From a virus, in IMG/VR virus record IMGVR_UViG_3300018031_000005, positions 1 to 64,000 of that record: 64,000 nucleotides of DNA; one strand, given 5' to 3'. Shown piece by piece: positions 30,901-40,909 of this stretch. A program made the translations under genes and the position numbers. Below the pieces are notes generated by a model. It did no database searches, had not been told where the DNA came from, and worked only from the letters and a program-made list of their open reading frames with translations. Positions within the stretch are counted from its first letter, which is position 1. Each line of letters starts with the position of its first letter.

Positions 30901-31018
30901 TAATTATTTAGTAAGCCGATTTGGCAAATTAACTACAGATGAAAAGGCTAAACAAGTAAGTGCTTATGAAAAAACTGTTCAATACGTTGGATGGATGGAA
31001 AATATTCCAAGTTCCTAA
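27938..31018 (+). CDS. terL: terminase large subunit interrupted by an intein in the Walker A loop
   Basis: The exteins join as FTRGGGK|TFILAVYA (P-loop). VILADEFNS (Walker B-like). C-terminal nuclease region GVDPAR ... AMDEGGGG. Confidence 0.85.
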   Translation: MKTHVINPAYNHYRNLPAEEDLINPLVDIGRNFKEINELVEFYKLGNEYYSPEFGIKYLLGTNIYPYQMATIRAILGHKFPMLLFTRGGGKCIVGDSLVFTDNGILKMEECFGEYNGQNGHIKPLEINIHNGEKLCKTSLGICNKKSKTIKIKTCRGIEIEGTPEHKIRVAGQNSDIIWKRLDEIHNRDNIVLSRNNNIFGKENSITEEEAHYLGLLTGDGCLSRDNLVIFSSKDEELITVFRYITKKLFDKDISGPFGSGICDYKFYGKSERKILLEKYGMKLCKSYDKDIPLCIRKSQKHIISSFIKGLFDTDGTVGCKSVDFCTTSITLIKQLQILLLNFGIICRIREKKTKSLFGKVYILIISSNNIDIFAKEIGFCCERKKIKMNLLLDKKRNTNIDIIPNSSSLFISILNEIKNKKILYDNSISVWRCLRYGITYYYANKILAICNEIGNNSENVSKLKNIIRNNYFYSNITNISESEAITYDFTIPEGHSFVSNGIISHNTFILAVYAIYHSVMFPGSKVVLVSASFRQSKLIFSEIDKIYHSSPLLRAISEDKPRISTDHCHYEVCGSSIKALPLGTGSKIRGERGHVILADEFNSIPIEVFDVVVRGFGATQADPWMKTRETMIKQFENNIQEGINKDKEMAEFMLADGNRIVLSGTAGFKNGTFYRMFSQYQRILAHRVKGKAIDYKDIFKEEIDDDHEINYEDYCVLIFNYLDLPPGMMDIKIIDHARATMPSFLFDMEYMCKFADDSYGFFKMKDIESATAPRGGFTFSMQGSENRRYIVGVDPARTVDRFAIVVIEIGSPNKLVYVWTCQNKPFSYSAAKLREILRNFKVSGIAMDEGGGGLAIEELINKSDVMKEGEKKIYRFDDESEDAKLGQKILWMFNFSSNWIDEANTLLQKNLEDRVTMFPYPLIQGEFSEEKDDVLFEINQLKQELIAIEVTHTKSGKKHYDLAPPNLRKDSSGVIKHKDRYSALILANYLVSRFGKLTTDEKAKQVSAYEKTVQYVGWMENIPSS
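28211..29458 (+). mobile_element. intein in terminase large subunit (416 aa, with LAGLIDADG endonuclease)
   Basis: Starts CIVGDSLVFTDNG. Contains YLGLLTGDGC and FIKGLFDTDGTV. Ends GHSFVSNGIISHN, followed by T. Confidence 0.85.
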
Positions 31019-31054
31019 GTCGTAATAAATAATGAATAATGTCAGGAGATTAAA

Positions 31055-33160
31055 ATGGCAGAAGCTAATAATCCAAAACCCATTTTAGATGATAACGAAA
31101 TTTTAAAAAGAGTAGATGCTACTAATAAATTCTTAGAAAATGCCACTGATGCTGAGCTAGCCTTTGCTTCACATGCTGCATCACTTTCTACTCCAGTTAT
31201 AAAGTTTGATGGAGCTACAGAACGTTATGGAAATACTTATCATACCTCAGAATATATTAAACAGCGAATTGCTGCCTGTAGAGAAGCTTACGAAAATTCT
31301 GGTATTATCGGCAATGCTATTGACTTAATGGTTGATTTTGCTCTAGAGGGATTTGATATCGTTCATCCCAACTCCGTAATACAAAATTTCTATAAAGCTT
31401 GGGCTGATCGTGTTCATTTAGAACTAATTGCTGGGCAAATTCTTAAATCATATTTTAGGGATGGTAATGTGCCTATTCTATCTTTTCGTGGAAGAATAAA
31501 AGCTAGAGAATTTAATAAACTTAAAAAAGCAGTAGCTAATAAATCTGAAGGTGCTAATTTATTCTTAGAAGAGAATGATGATGGTGCCAAGATTATCCCA
31601 TATGCCTATCATATTCTTGATGTACTTAATATAGAAAAAAGAGGTAGTGAACTTTTGGGTAATGTAGTCTATGAATATAGAATATCAACAGAAGATTTAT
31701 CGCCACTTCGTGAACCTAAGACCATTAAAGATAATACTGCTATTGAGCAACTTAAAACAGCTATTGGGGATGATGGTTTTACTCATTTAAGCGAAACAGG
31801 ACACTTAAAAATAAATCCTAATCGCTTAATTATGCTTTATTATAAAAAGGATGATTATAGAGCATGGGCTAATCCAATGTTCTGGAGAATAATTAGCGAC
31901 GTGCAATTTAAGAAATTACTTAGAGACATGGATATTAGTGTATGCGAAAGCGTTATGAATACGCTAACTATTATAGGTCTTGGAGATACGAAGTCTGGTT
32001 TTCCTGCCACTGGTGATATGTTTAAAAAAATAGCCTCTTTATTAAAAACTCCTACTAAATCTAAGACTATTATTTGGAATGATTTAATTAAGATAATAGC
32101 TGAATATCCACCTATCGACAAAATTTTAGGTAAAGCTAAGTACGATCAAGTAGATGCTGATATTAGGGCCGGTCTTGGTATTGCTGAAGTAGTACTTAAT
32201 GGACAAGGAAACAACTACGCTAATTCTTTCTTGTCTGTTAAAACTCTTCTGGAAAGATTAGAAAGTGGTAGAAATCATCTTTTAGCATGGCTTGAAATGG
32301 AAGTGAGAAATGTTGCTAAAGCTATGGGTTTCAAGCAGCCAGCTTGGTTTAAAATGCATCACATGTCCTTGCGTGATGAGAATGCTGAAAAGCAACTTAT
32401 GCTAGAACTAGTTGATCGTGGAATGGTTTCATATGAAACGTGCGTTGAAAGGTTTGGAGAGAATTTTCAAATTGAAATTGAGCGTATGAAGCAAGAAGAT
32501 AATTTCCGTAGAAAAAATGAAAAGAGATTTCCTTATACTTTAATTAAAACTGGTAAATATGGACCAATGATACAGGATGGGCCAATTCCAATTTTTGAAT
32601 TACTTGATTCAGAAACAATAGAAGAAACAATGATTCGCAAAAATGGTAAATCTATGCCTACACAACAAGGCGGGCAAGGCGAAAAGGGTGGTCGTCCAGC
32701 GGGAAGAAAAACTCCTCAACAGAAAAAAGAAACTCCTCGAAATAAGCCAAAGGGACAAGAAACTCAAGCTAATTTGGATAATGAAGATTTAGTTAAAGAA
32801 AGTAATCTTATAAAGGCAGAAGATATATTTAATGGTATCTTTAAAATTATATCTCGTTCTTTTATTAAAGCTAAAAAAGTAGATTTCTTTAATGAACTTG
32901 ATGATAAATCGCAAAAAATGACATTTAAAATTATATCGTATATTATTGAGAGGTTTAAAGATCCAGAAGAAGTTAATAAAGATAGGGTGCAAGAGGCTTT
33001 GAAATCTAGACCATTTGAGTTGCAAGATAATAATAAGCCTATAGTTGCAGATGTTTATGATAAATTAGTTGATAGATTTATTAGTCAAAACAACTCTTAT
33101 CCGGGAATAGAAGAATCTAAGCAAGCTATAATATCATCATTAGCTGTTTTATTGAATTAA
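31055..33160 (+). CDS. portal protein (putative)
   Basis: 701 aa, immediately downstream of terL. Basic and acidic C-terminal tail. Called from position and size only. Confidence 0.6.
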   Translation: MAEANNPKPILDDNEILKRVDATNKFLENATDAELAFASHAASLSTPVIKFDGATERYGNTYHTSEYIKQRIAACREAYENSGIIGNAIDLMVDFALEGFDIVHPNSVIQNFYKAWADRVHLELIAGQILKSYFRDGNVPILSFRGRIKAREFNKLKKAVANKSEGANLFLEENDDGAKIIPYAYHILDVLNIEKRGSELLGNVVYEYRISTEDLSPLREPKTIKDNTAIEQLKTAIGDDGFTHLSETGHLKINPNRLIMLYYKKDDYRAWANPMFWRIISDVQFKKLLRDMDISVCESVMNTLTIIGLGDTKSGFPATGDMFKKIASLLKTPTKSKTIIWNDLIKIIAEYPPIDKILGKAKYDQVDADIRAGLGIAEVVLNGQGNNYANSFLSVKTLLERLESGRNHLLAWLEMEVRNVAKAMGFKQPAWFKMHHMSLRDENAEKQLMLELVDRGMVSYETCVERFGENFQIEIERMKQEDNFRRKNEKRFPYTLIKTGKYGPMIQDGPIPIFELLDSETIEETMIRKNGKSMPTQQGGQGEKGGRPAGRKTPQQKKETPRNKPKGQETQANLDNEDLVKESNLIKAEDIFNGIFKIISRSFIKAKKVDFFNELDDKSQKMTFKIISYIIERFKDPEEVNKDRVQEALKSRPFELQDNNKPIVADVYDKLVDRFISQNNSYPGIEESKQAIISSLAVLLN

Positions 33161-33169
33161 GGAGTTATA

Positions 33170-33502
33170 ATGGAATTGTTTTTTGAAGCAGCTGGCAAAT
33201 GGGGCTTGGGCATAGTTTTGGCTGTAATATTAGTATTTATGTTTCGTAGATTTTTAAATCGTGTTATGGATTCTATGACCGAAGAACGTACTAATTATAT
33301 GGGATTAATAAATAAGCAAAGTGAAACTATAGATAATCACATTAACCATTTATCTGGTAACGTTGATGATTTATCTGAAAAAATGGGCACAGTAAATACC
33401 AGTTTAGGTGTTCAAAAAGAATGTTTAGATAATGGCTTTGCAAGAGTTTGTGATGCTATAAAAAGTCAGACTGATATTTTATTAAAAAAAGAGAAAGATT
33501 AA
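33170..33502 (+). CDS. small membrane/coiled-coil protein
   Basis: N-terminal TM segment WGLGIVLAVILVFMF; AAGGAG upstream. Confidence 0.55.
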   Translation: MELFFEAAGKWGLGIVLAVILVFMFRRFLNRVMDSMTEERTNYMGLINKQSETIDNHINHLSGNVDDLSEKMGTVNTSLGVQKECLDNGFARVCDAIKSQTDILLKKEKD

Positions 33503-33517
33503 TTCAGGAGGTTTATA

Positions 33518-35161
33518 ATGGCTAATAGAACTAGTTCACCCGACGCAGCTTTTGCTTATGTAGGCGAAGTTAACGGTATTTCATTTAAATTATTACGTCA
33601 TCATAAGTTAGATGCAGTAAAAAATGGTAGTGAACACGATACTGTTGATAAGGACTTGCTAGTTACTTGTCTTCGTATGGTTGATCAAATACCAGTAAAC
33701 AATGAAGAGCGTGGAAAGGTTCGTGCGCATCTTGCGTCTCATGCAAGTTTTTTCCAACTTGATCTTGCCGAAGAAGGCGTTGCTCAAAGAATTATTCATC
33801 AACAGGATAGTGGTTTTCCTCAGCAAGGTGTTAAAGAAGTAAGTAGAAAAGAAAATGACGGCGAGGTTTTTGAACCACCTATTGAATTAACTCCAAAAAA
33901 TAGTACTCCAAAATCCGCTGAAGCAAAAGTAATTCTTAATGATGAAGAAAAAGAAGTAAGCAATCCTAATACAGATAAGACAGACGATGATCCCGATTCT
34001 CCTCCTGCCGGAGGCAATAATAAAGTTGTTCAACTTGATGAATGTGATTTGATTCAAGAAAGCCCTAATACTGATAAAGTAGGAAAGGCATCTCTTAATG
34101 AGAAAGAAATAAATAATCTTACTGATAAGATTGTGGAAAAAGTAGATGAAATGATTACTAAAGTAAAAGAAATTAAAAAAAAAGTAACTGAAGAAAATAT
34201 AGATCAATCAATAAGCATTCACAGAATGGGTAAGCCACATAAAGGGAAAAAAAAGAAATTAAAACATAAGCTTCCAAAGGCGAGAAGATCAGTTTATAAT
34301 CTTGCTGTCCGGGATATTGTAATAAACGAAGAAGGCAAGATTGGTATAGTGACTTCAGTTCGTGAAAAAGACCTTTCAGTTTGTTTGAACGGTAGCCGTG
34401 AAAAAATTAAGATTGATGAATTTTCGGCTGCAAAATTTAAGGTTTTAGCTCATTCTAATTCTGATCCTAATTTAAAGATCGCCCTTGAAAAAGGTTTAAC
34501 TATTGTTGACTCAGAAGAAGCTTTGGCACGTATGACTTTGACTACTCCAAAAACAATACCTATTCCAGCCACACCAACACTTGAAGAGCAAAATAAAAAA
34601 GGTGGCAAAGTATTTTTAGCAGATGATCAGGAAAAGTTAACTGAAAATCCTAATAAAGATAAAGTAGGAAAGGCAGCTCTTCTATATGTTACTATTGATG
34701 ATCTTACAGAAGAGGGTCGTAAACTTATCTTAAAGAGATTTGGTGATGCTCTTAATAATAAAATTGAAGCCAAAATTCAATCTGTAGAAAAAATTGGCTC
34801 TGTAGATTTTATAACAGTTAAGCTTGGCGACGATAAAGAATTCCCAATGCATGTTATGATGGATGTCATGCGAGATGGCGAAGGAAAAGTGTTGAGAGTT
34901 AGAATTCTTAATGAGTCTTTGCCAGCTACAATATTAGCTGATTTTGCCCAATTTTTGAATAAACTTTCTAAGGAGTCTGCAAAAGCTTCAGTAGATCAAG
35001 CAACTGCTCCGGCCAAGCTAGAGCGCTGTGTAGCTAAGGTTCTTCCTCAGAGAGTGGCTAATTTTAAAAAGCGTAAGGGCCGGGCACCAAATGCCAAAGA
35101 AATGAAGCAACTTGAAAGTTCGGCATTTGCCATTTGCCAAGCTAGTTTGAAAAAGAGCTAA
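33518..35161 (+). CDS. head-module protein of unknown function (547 aa)
   Basis: ORF track; AGGAGG upstream. Repeated NPN[TK]DKVGKA[SA]L motif. Confidence 0.55.
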   Translation: MANRTSSPDAAFAYVGEVNGISFKLLRHHKLDAVKNGSEHDTVDKDLLVTCLRMVDQIPVNNEERGKVRAHLASHASFFQLDLAEEGVAQRIIHQQDSGFPQQGVKEVSRKENDGEVFEPPIELTPKNSTPKSAEAKVILNDEEKEVSNPNTDKTDDDPDSPPAGGNNKVVQLDECDLIQESPNTDKVGKASLNEKEINNLTDKIVEKVDEMITKVKEIKKKVTEENIDQSISIHRMGKPHKGKKKKLKHKLPKARRSVYNLAVRDIVINEEGKIGIVTSVREKDLSVCLNGSREKIKIDEFSAAKFKVLAHSNSDPNLKIALEKGLTIVDSEEALARMTLTTPKTIPIPATPTLEEQNKKGGKVFLADDQEKLTENPNKDKVGKAALLYVTIDDLTEEGRKLILKRFGDALNNKIEAKIQSVEKIGSVDFITVKLGDDKEFPMHVMMDVMRDGEGKVLRVRILNESLPATILADFAQFLNKLSKESAKASVDQATAPAKLERCVAKVLPQRVANFKKRKGRAPNAKEMKQLESSAFAICQASLKKS

Positions 35162-35163
35162 TA

Positions 35164-36804
35164 ATGAACTTAAAAGAACTAGACAAATTAGATAAAACTT
35201 ATTTTTTAACTACTGCTAGTATATCCACGCTAGGCTCTTTGTCTGTAAGCGCAGAAGAAATCTTATCTTATGGAAAATCCAAGGTTTCTGCTCCTGAAAT
35301 TATTCTCGAAAACCAGCGTGATCTTATGAAAATCATTTCGGTTCTTGTAAGTACAGGAATTAATCGAAATGATGATGTATTCTTGCCTGAAGAGATTTTG
35401 CCAGTAAGAAATACAGGAGCGCACAAACCTCTTAATGTTGAACATGACCCGAAACAAATAGTTGGACACATGCTTAGAACTTATGCTGCATTAAAAGATG
35501 GTAGTATTGTTCCGCCCAATTCTTTTCCCGATACAAATGAATTTGATATTATTGCAGAATCTGTGTTATATAAATTCTTATTTCCAGATTTAGCGGAAGA
35601 AGTAAAACATAAGGCTAAAGCTAATCAATTATTTGTTTCTATAGAAGCTTGGTTTACTGCTTATGATTTTCTAGTTGGTACTAAAATAGTTAAAAGAAAT
35701 AAAGAAACATCGCAATTATTAGATGGCAAATTAAAGTCTAATGGTGGCGATGGAACTTTTGAGAATCAAAGAGTAGGTAGGGTCCTTAGAAATATCATTA
35801 TAGGTGGTATAGGACTAGTTAAAACTCCTGCAAATTCTGAAAGCATTATAAAATCAGTATCAAATTTGCAATCTGAGTTCGTACCATATGATATAAAGGA
35901 TAATACAATAAGTCAAAGTATTATTGGTGATATATTTCAATTGTCTACTAATAATTTAAAATTATCGGAGGAAAAAATGAACAAAGAAGTACTTGAAGAA
36001 ATTGCACAAGTTATTGCAGCTCAAAGAGCTGCGGCAATTATTCCCGTTGAAATAAAAACAGATAAAACAGAAACAAAAACAAATACTTCTGAAATTTCTC
36101 CAGAAGTTAAACTTCTTCTTGAGCGTGTTTCTGCCTTAGAAAAGGGTAATAGAGAACTGAAGAATAAGTTAGATATTACTGAAATTAAGGCCGAAGCTCT
36201 TGAAAGAGCAGAAATTCTAAATAATATGGGTTTTAGTGATGAATTTATCGCTAAGCAATTTACTAAATCACTTTTTATGAATAGATTAGATTTTAATGAT
36301 CATGTTAATTTTTTAAAGTTAGCTCTTTCAGAATTAACAAAAGAAGTTAAGAAAGTTGAAACAAAAACTGAAATTAAAGTTAAAACAAAAGAGAAGGCCA
36401 CCGAAGGGGGTGATACAGCTAAGGCCGCAGGAAAGACAGAACTTAAAACAGAGGTTAAAACGGAGCAACTTAAGGCAGATACTAAAGTTGAGATAAAAAC
36501 TGAAACAAAAGAAGTTGATGTCAAGACTGAAGTGAAACCAGAGGTTAAAACAGAAGTTAAGACCGAAATTAAGAATGAAAAAACTGCGGATGATGCTGAA
36601 ACTGATAATTCTACTGAAAACGATACAGAAACCGAAGATGAGGACGTAATTAGTTTAGAGGACTTAGATTTGGTTGATAAAGAAGTTAAGGTAGAAACGG
36701 ATACTAAGAAGTCCGCTCCTTCTCTAACAGAACAAATGGCGAATGTTGTGCAAATGTTTTTAAAGGAAAGAAATGACAAGTGGGGAAAATTGGCCCTAAA
36801 ATAA
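35164..36804 (+). CDS. scaffold- or protease-like head assembly protein (putative)
   Basis: Position between portal and capsid. Coiled-coil and a TEVK-type low-complexity region near the C-terminus. Function not verified. Confidence 0.45.
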   Translation: MNLKELDKLDKTYFLTTASISTLGSLSVSAEEILSYGKSKVSAPEIILENQRDLMKIISVLVSTGINRNDDVFLPEEILPVRNTGAHKPLNVEHDPKQIVGHMLRTYAALKDGSIVPPNSFPDTNEFDIIAESVLYKFLFPDLAEEVKHKAKANQLFVSIEAWFTAYDFLVGTKIVKRNKETSQLLDGKLKSNGGDGTFENQRVGRVLRNIIIGGIGLVKTPANSESIIKSVSNLQSEFVPYDIKDNTISQSIIGDIFQLSTNNLKLSEEKMNKEVLEEIAQVIAAQRAAAIIPVEIKTDKTETKTNTSEISPEVKLLLERVSALEKGNRELKNKLDITEIKAEALERAEILNNMGFSDEFIAKQFTKSLFMNRLDFNDHVNFLKLALSELTKEVKKVETKTEIKVKTKEKATEGGDTAKAAGKTELKTEVKTEQLKADTKVEIKTETKEVDVKTEVKPEVKTEVKTEIKNEKTADDAETDNSTENDTETEDEDVISLEDLDLVDKEVKVETDTKKSAPSLTEQMANVVQMFLKERNDKWGKLALK

Positions 36805-36824
36805 ATAATTAGGAGGTATTAAAA

Positions 36825-37274
36825 ATGGCACTTAAACCACATCAGAAATTTGGACTTGACGATATTAATTTTATCTGCGAGAATGTTGCCGAAAAAGGTT
36901 GTTTGGTAACTTATACTTCTGCCGGTAACGTTAGAAAGACTGGTAATCTTGCTAGCAAGGTTGCTGGTGCTCTTTTAATTGACGTTGTAGCAGGTATTCA
37001 TCCAAGCAACGTAACTTTAGGCGACTTTACTGGTACTATTGACAGAGCACGCAATTTCCAGAAGAATGAAACACACGTTTCGGGTGTTGTTCGTCTTATG
37101 AAACTTGGTGAACTTGAAACTAACTGCGTTTCTGGTACTTTTGCTGCTGGTAACGTAGTTCGTCATGGTGCCCAGGGTAATTTTGTTGTAGGCGGCACTG
37201 GCGAAGTAGTTGGTCACGCACTTTCAGTAAAAGATGCCGATGGTTATGTGAAAATTTATATTAACATGGAATAA
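36825..37274 (+). CDS. small head protein (decoration/DUF2190-like, putative)
   Basis: 149 aa directly upstream of the capsid gene; AGGAGG SD. Function inferred from position only. Confidence 0.4.
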   Translation: MALKPHQKFGLDDINFICENVAEKGCLVTYTSAGNVRKTGNLASKVAGALLIDVVAGIHPSNVTLGDFTGTIDRARNFQKNETHVSGVVRLMKLGELETNCVSGTFAAGNVVRHGAQGNFVVGGTGEVVGHALSVKDADGYVKIYINME

Positions 37275-37315
37275 TTGTTGTTAGGCAAAAAGAAAAATAC
37301 TTAAGGAGGTTGATC

Positions 37316-38320
37316 ATGGAGATTAAGGTTAATGGTACTGTTGTACAGATAGATGCCGAAAAAGCTAATTTGCTTAAGGCAACTGCTAGCCTAGAACTTG
37401 ATGTTGCTGCAAAACATCGTCAAGCTCTTGCGCAGGTGCTTGAGCAAGCTTGGAAGGCCGGAGTTTTGGAGCCCGATCTTCTAGGAACGATTTTCCAGCG
37501 CATTAATTTGCCTGGTGGCGTAGACGCTAAGTTCCCATTCGATTTCTACTCTCCAGTAAAAGAAGGTCAATATAAGGCTTTTGTTATCCCAAAGGAAGGT
37601 GCAATTCCAGAAAAGGTAATCGAGGGAGACGAAATTCGTGTTCCTACTTATAAGATTGCTAATGCTATTTCGTGGAGTCTTGATTATGCTCGTGACGCTC
37701 GTTGGGATATCGTTGCTCGTGCAATCGAAGTTTTCACTAATGGATTCGTTCGCAAGCTTAATGATGACGGTTGGCACGTTGTTCTGAAGGCTGCTTCAGA
37801 AAATACAGAGTCAACTGTTATAGATGCTGCTGCTGCTGCTGGCGTGTTTACTAAGAAGCTATTGCTTAATATGATGACAGCCGTTAAGCGTCAGGTTGGC
37901 GGACGTAATGCTCGTCTAACTGACCTTTATCTGTCACCAGAAGCTATTGCTGATATTCGTAACTTTGCTGATACTGTAGTTGGCGATCCATATTTGAGCC
38001 AATTGATTCTACAGAGTGAAGATACAATTCCACAGCTTTATGGAGTTCGTATACACGAGCTACAGGAGCTTGGTGTTGGTCAGGAACATCAGGATTATAT
38101 CACTGGCACACTACTTTTCGCTCTTCCAGGTGGTGATGAGGAATTCGTTGTTGGTCTAGATCTAATGCACCGTGACGCATTTGTAATGCCTATGCGTGAA
38201 CAAATGCAGATGTTCGATGATCCTCAACTTCATAAAAGCATGAAGGCTGGCGTATACGGCTGGATGGAGCTTGGCTTCGCTGCCCTAGATATTCGTCGTG
38301 CTATTCTGGGCTCTCTATAA
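37316..38320 (+). CDS. major capsid protein (putative)
   Basis: ORF 37310..38320 trimmed to ATG 37316, 6 nt after AAGGAGG. About 334 aa, with codon usage that looks more biased than its neighbours, and a strong terminator follows. Confidence 0.6.
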   Translation: MEIKVNGTVVQIDAEKANLLKATASLELDVAAKHRQALAQVLEQAWKAGVLEPDLLGTIFQRINLPGGVDAKFPFDFYSPVKEGQYKAFVIPKEGAIPEKVIEGDEIRVPTYKIANAISWSLDYARDARWDIVARAIEVFTNGFVRKLNDDGWHVVLKAASENTESTVIDAAAAAGVFTKKLLLNMMTAVKRQVGGRNARLTDLYLSPEAIADIRNFADTVVGDPYLSQLILQSEDTIPQLYGVRIHELQELGVGQEHQDYITGTLLFALPGGDEEFVVGLDLMHRDAFVMPMREQMQMFDDPQLHKSMKAGVYGWMELGFAALDIRRAILGSL

Positions 38321-38373
38321 TAGAAAATTATTTTATAATAGAGAACTAAGGGTTTTATTAAATAAGATAATTA

Positions 38374-38416
38374 ATAGCCCGGTTGCCCCTTGCTGGGTAA
38401 TCGGGCTATTTTTTAT
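38374..38416 (+). terminator. rho-independent terminator after the capsid gene
   Basis: ATAGCCCG ... CGGGCTAT stem followed by a T run. Confidence 0.8.
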
Positions 38417-38442
38417 TTTATTGATCAGAGAGAGGTGATGTT

Positions 38443-38865
38443 GTGCCAACCCAATATACATGGCAGAGGGATAACTTTATTCCAATATCTTTGATGTTGG
38501 AGGTTCAGGTTGATAATATACCAGTAAGTGGTATTTCTCCCACCGTAGAAATATACAAATATTCCAACCATAAACATGCCGATTTTGATACCAATACCTT
38601 TGTATCGGCAGGTGGTAATAAATTTGGCGTAATGAGCGGAGTTCCAAGTAACGAAGGTCTCTACCATTTTCCTTTTAGTCCACAAGATTTTGGCGAAGTA
38701 GGTAGTGAAACTTATTACATGAGATATAGAGCGGTAGTACCAAGTGGGTACGGTGGTGGATTAGTAGAAGAAGATACAGAAATCATAGGTTCAGAAGTTC
38801 ATTACTTTACCGAACTTGCTGGAAGTGGTTTTTCTATACCTGTAATGACTGCTAGTGCTACATAA
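38443..38865 (+). CDS. hypothetical structural protein (140 aa), GTG start
   Basis: ORF track; GAGAGAGGTGATGTT upstream of the GTG. Confidence 0.5.
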   Translation: MPTQYTWQRDNFIPISLMLEVQVDNIPVSGISPTVEIYKYSNHKHADFDTNTFVSAGGNKFGVMSGVPSNEGLYHFPFSPQDFGEVGSETYYMRYRAVVPSGYGGGLVEEDTEIIGSEVHYFTELAGSGFSIPVMTASAT

Positions 38866-38889
38866 GAAGATAATAAGAGGATAAAAAAA

Positions 38890-39729
38890 ATGGCTAATAT
38901 TAATATAAACACGCCTGCTTCTGGGTTAGATGTTTTTTTAAGATTTGGAAATATGCTTTCTGATCCTACGGAAATATCATATACAATAAAAGAGCCGGGC
39001 GGTTCTAATATTGGTTCTGGCGTAGGATTTAAACGTTCAGTAGGTCATTATGATGCTAGAAATACTGTTATACCATCTGGTTTTGCAGATGAGGTTTGGA
39101 AGATTATATGGGATTTTACAGCACCTACTAATATCACTAGCACATTCACGGAAGAATTTTGTGTAGAAACACAATTAGTTATTATACCTATAGATGTCAA
39201 TGATATTATAGACCAGATATCAGTAGACCTTGATTTGGGTGATACATATACAGATGAAGAATTGGCAGTTTTTATAAAAAAGGCTCTTAATAGATTAAAT
39301 AGAAAATTAAGGTTCTGTGGAACTGATTTAGAAATGACATTTGATAGTATGACCGGAGAAGTAACTCCTACGCCAAATTGTACTATATTAGACCTTATAC
39401 TTTTACAAGTTGAATGTATGATATTGAAATCCAGTCGCATAACAGCGGTTGGAAAAGGAATTAGGGTTCGTGACGGAGATTCTGAAGTAGATACTACTGC
39501 TGGTTTTTCTGGGCGCAATGCGGTTGTTTCTGATGCATGTAGTGAACTTACCGATGCTATTAAAGATTTCTTATGGCAACAAACTGCTAATGATGGCGAA
39601 ATTATATGGTATGGCAATAGTCGTATCATTGGTATTATGGACCATAATGGCGAAGGCACTGGAGCAGAAAGAGATTTCAGTTCACCATTTGATGCTGGTG
39701 GAGGTTGGACGGTAAGTGGTAGATGCTAA
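38890..39729 (+). CDS. hypothetical structural protein (279 aa)
   Basis: ORF track; AAGAGG upstream. Confidence 0.55.
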   Translation: MANININTPASGLDVFLRFGNMLSDPTEISYTIKEPGGSNIGSGVGFKRSVGHYDARNTVIPSGFADEVWKIIWDFTAPTNITSTFTEEFCVETQLVIIPIDVNDIIDQISVDLDLGDTYTDEELAVFIKKALNRLNRKLRFCGTDLEMTFDSMTGEVTPTPNCTILDLILLQVECMILKSSRITAVGKGIRVRDGDSEVDTTAGFSGRNAVVSDACSELTDAIKDFLWQQTANDGEIIWYGNSRIIGIMDHNGEGTGAERDFSSPFDAGGGWTVSGRC

Positions 39730-39760
39730 TATTATATGTTAATAATATATTGGTGAATTA

Positions 39761-40894
39761 ATGAGACTTCATTTAGATACAAATATAGATAAAGAATTAA
39801 GACTTAATTTTGCTAATTCTAGCGGCGTCTTCGTTAAGGATGGTCAAAATTTGGGATCGGGAGTTTCTATATTTGCACAAAAAAATGCGTTTCAAAATTT
39901 AGAGTTTAGAACTTTATTAGAAGGTAGCGGTATACAATTAGTTGAAAGTGCTAGTGGCATAATTATAGATTCAACTATTGTAGATGATTTATCTAATTTA
40001 CAAACAGATTTTGATAATGCTTCTGGCAATTGGGTTGAAACAGCTAGCAATCAGGGTTTAGGAATAGGTACTTTTATACAAAAAGTAGGTGCTGATTTAC
40101 AATTTAGGAAGATTTTAGGTGGCAGTGGCATAGAAGTATCTTCTAGTGGTAACACAATAATATTAGATAATGAGCTAGTTGACGATTTTTCTGAATTAAA
40201 AATTGATTTTTTAAATTCCAGCGGAGTATTCATAAAAAATGGAGAGAACGTAGGACTTGGTTCTAATGTTTTTGCTCAGAAATCCGGACAAAATTTACAA
40301 TTTAGAAGATTACTTCCGGGCAGTGGAATTAAAATATCTACAAGTGGTAATACATTAAGAATAGATAACACTCTAGAAGATGATGTTAAATCTGTTTCTG
40401 ATATAGTAGATACCATTATTAATAATACACAATTAATAAATAGTATAACATCTGGTGTTGTTAGTAAAATATTTTTTGATTTACCTCTTCATGGCGATGA
40501 TGATGATTTAAAACATACTACTATACATAGTTTGCCTGTAGCCGAAATGAAGGATTTTGAGTCTTCAAAATGGAATCTTATTTCTCCATTAGAGGGAGCT
40601 TCTGGAGTATTTTTTAGATTTACTTGGTTTCCAGAGGTAACTGCAAGCGGTGAAATTAAATTTGATTTAACTTTAACACAATTACCATCTGGAGTAGATG
40701 TATCAACTGCAAGTACAGTAGTTAAAAGTTTAAATCTTTCTGAAAGTTGGGTTATGAATAAACTTTATATTCATGAAATAATAGCCGATGCTAATATTTT
40801 AGGATTACAAGTTATTAGTTTAAAATTTGAAAGAAAAGCAGATTCTTATACGGGTAAAGTTAGAAACATAAGTTATGCTGTTAAATATAGATAA
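39761..40894 (+). CDS. fibre-like protein with three repeats of about 66 aa
   Basis: Repeats of the form DF.N.SG.FVK.G.N.G.G...F.QK....L[EQ]FR.L..GSGI.....SGNT....DN....DD. Confidence 0.6.
   Translation: MRLHLDTNIDKELRLNFANSSGVFVKDGQNLGSGVSIFAQKNAFQNLEFRTLLEGSGIQLVESASGIIIDSTIVDDLSNLQTDFDNASGNWVETASNQGLGIGTFIQKVGADLQFRKILGGSGIEVSSSGNTIILDNELVDDFSELKIDFLNSSGVFIKNGENVGLGSNVFAQKSGQNLQFRRLLPGSGIKISTSGNTLRIDNTLEDDVKSVSDIVDTIINNTQLINSITSGVVSKIFFDLPLHGDDDDLKHTTIHSLPVAEMKDFESSKWNLISPLEGASGVFFRFTWFPEVTASGEIKFDLTLTQLPSGVDVSTASTVVKSLNLSESWVMNKLYIHEIIADANILGLQVISLKFERKADSYTGKVRNISYAVKYR
39794..40384 (+). repeat. three tandem coding repeats of about 66 aa
   Basis: aa 12-76, 77-142 and 143-208 align by eye. 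Confidence 0.75.
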
Positions 40895-40909
40895 TTAGGA
40901 TGATGTAAG

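Noticed and set aside
36300-36779. Minus-strand ORF of 159 aa. Other long antisense ORFs fall in the same category: 28168..28527, 39048..39659, 48844..49401, 50818..51234
   Set aside because: All are antisense to long, well-supported plus-strand genes. They arise from low-complexity or biased codon composition, and none has ribosome-binding signals.
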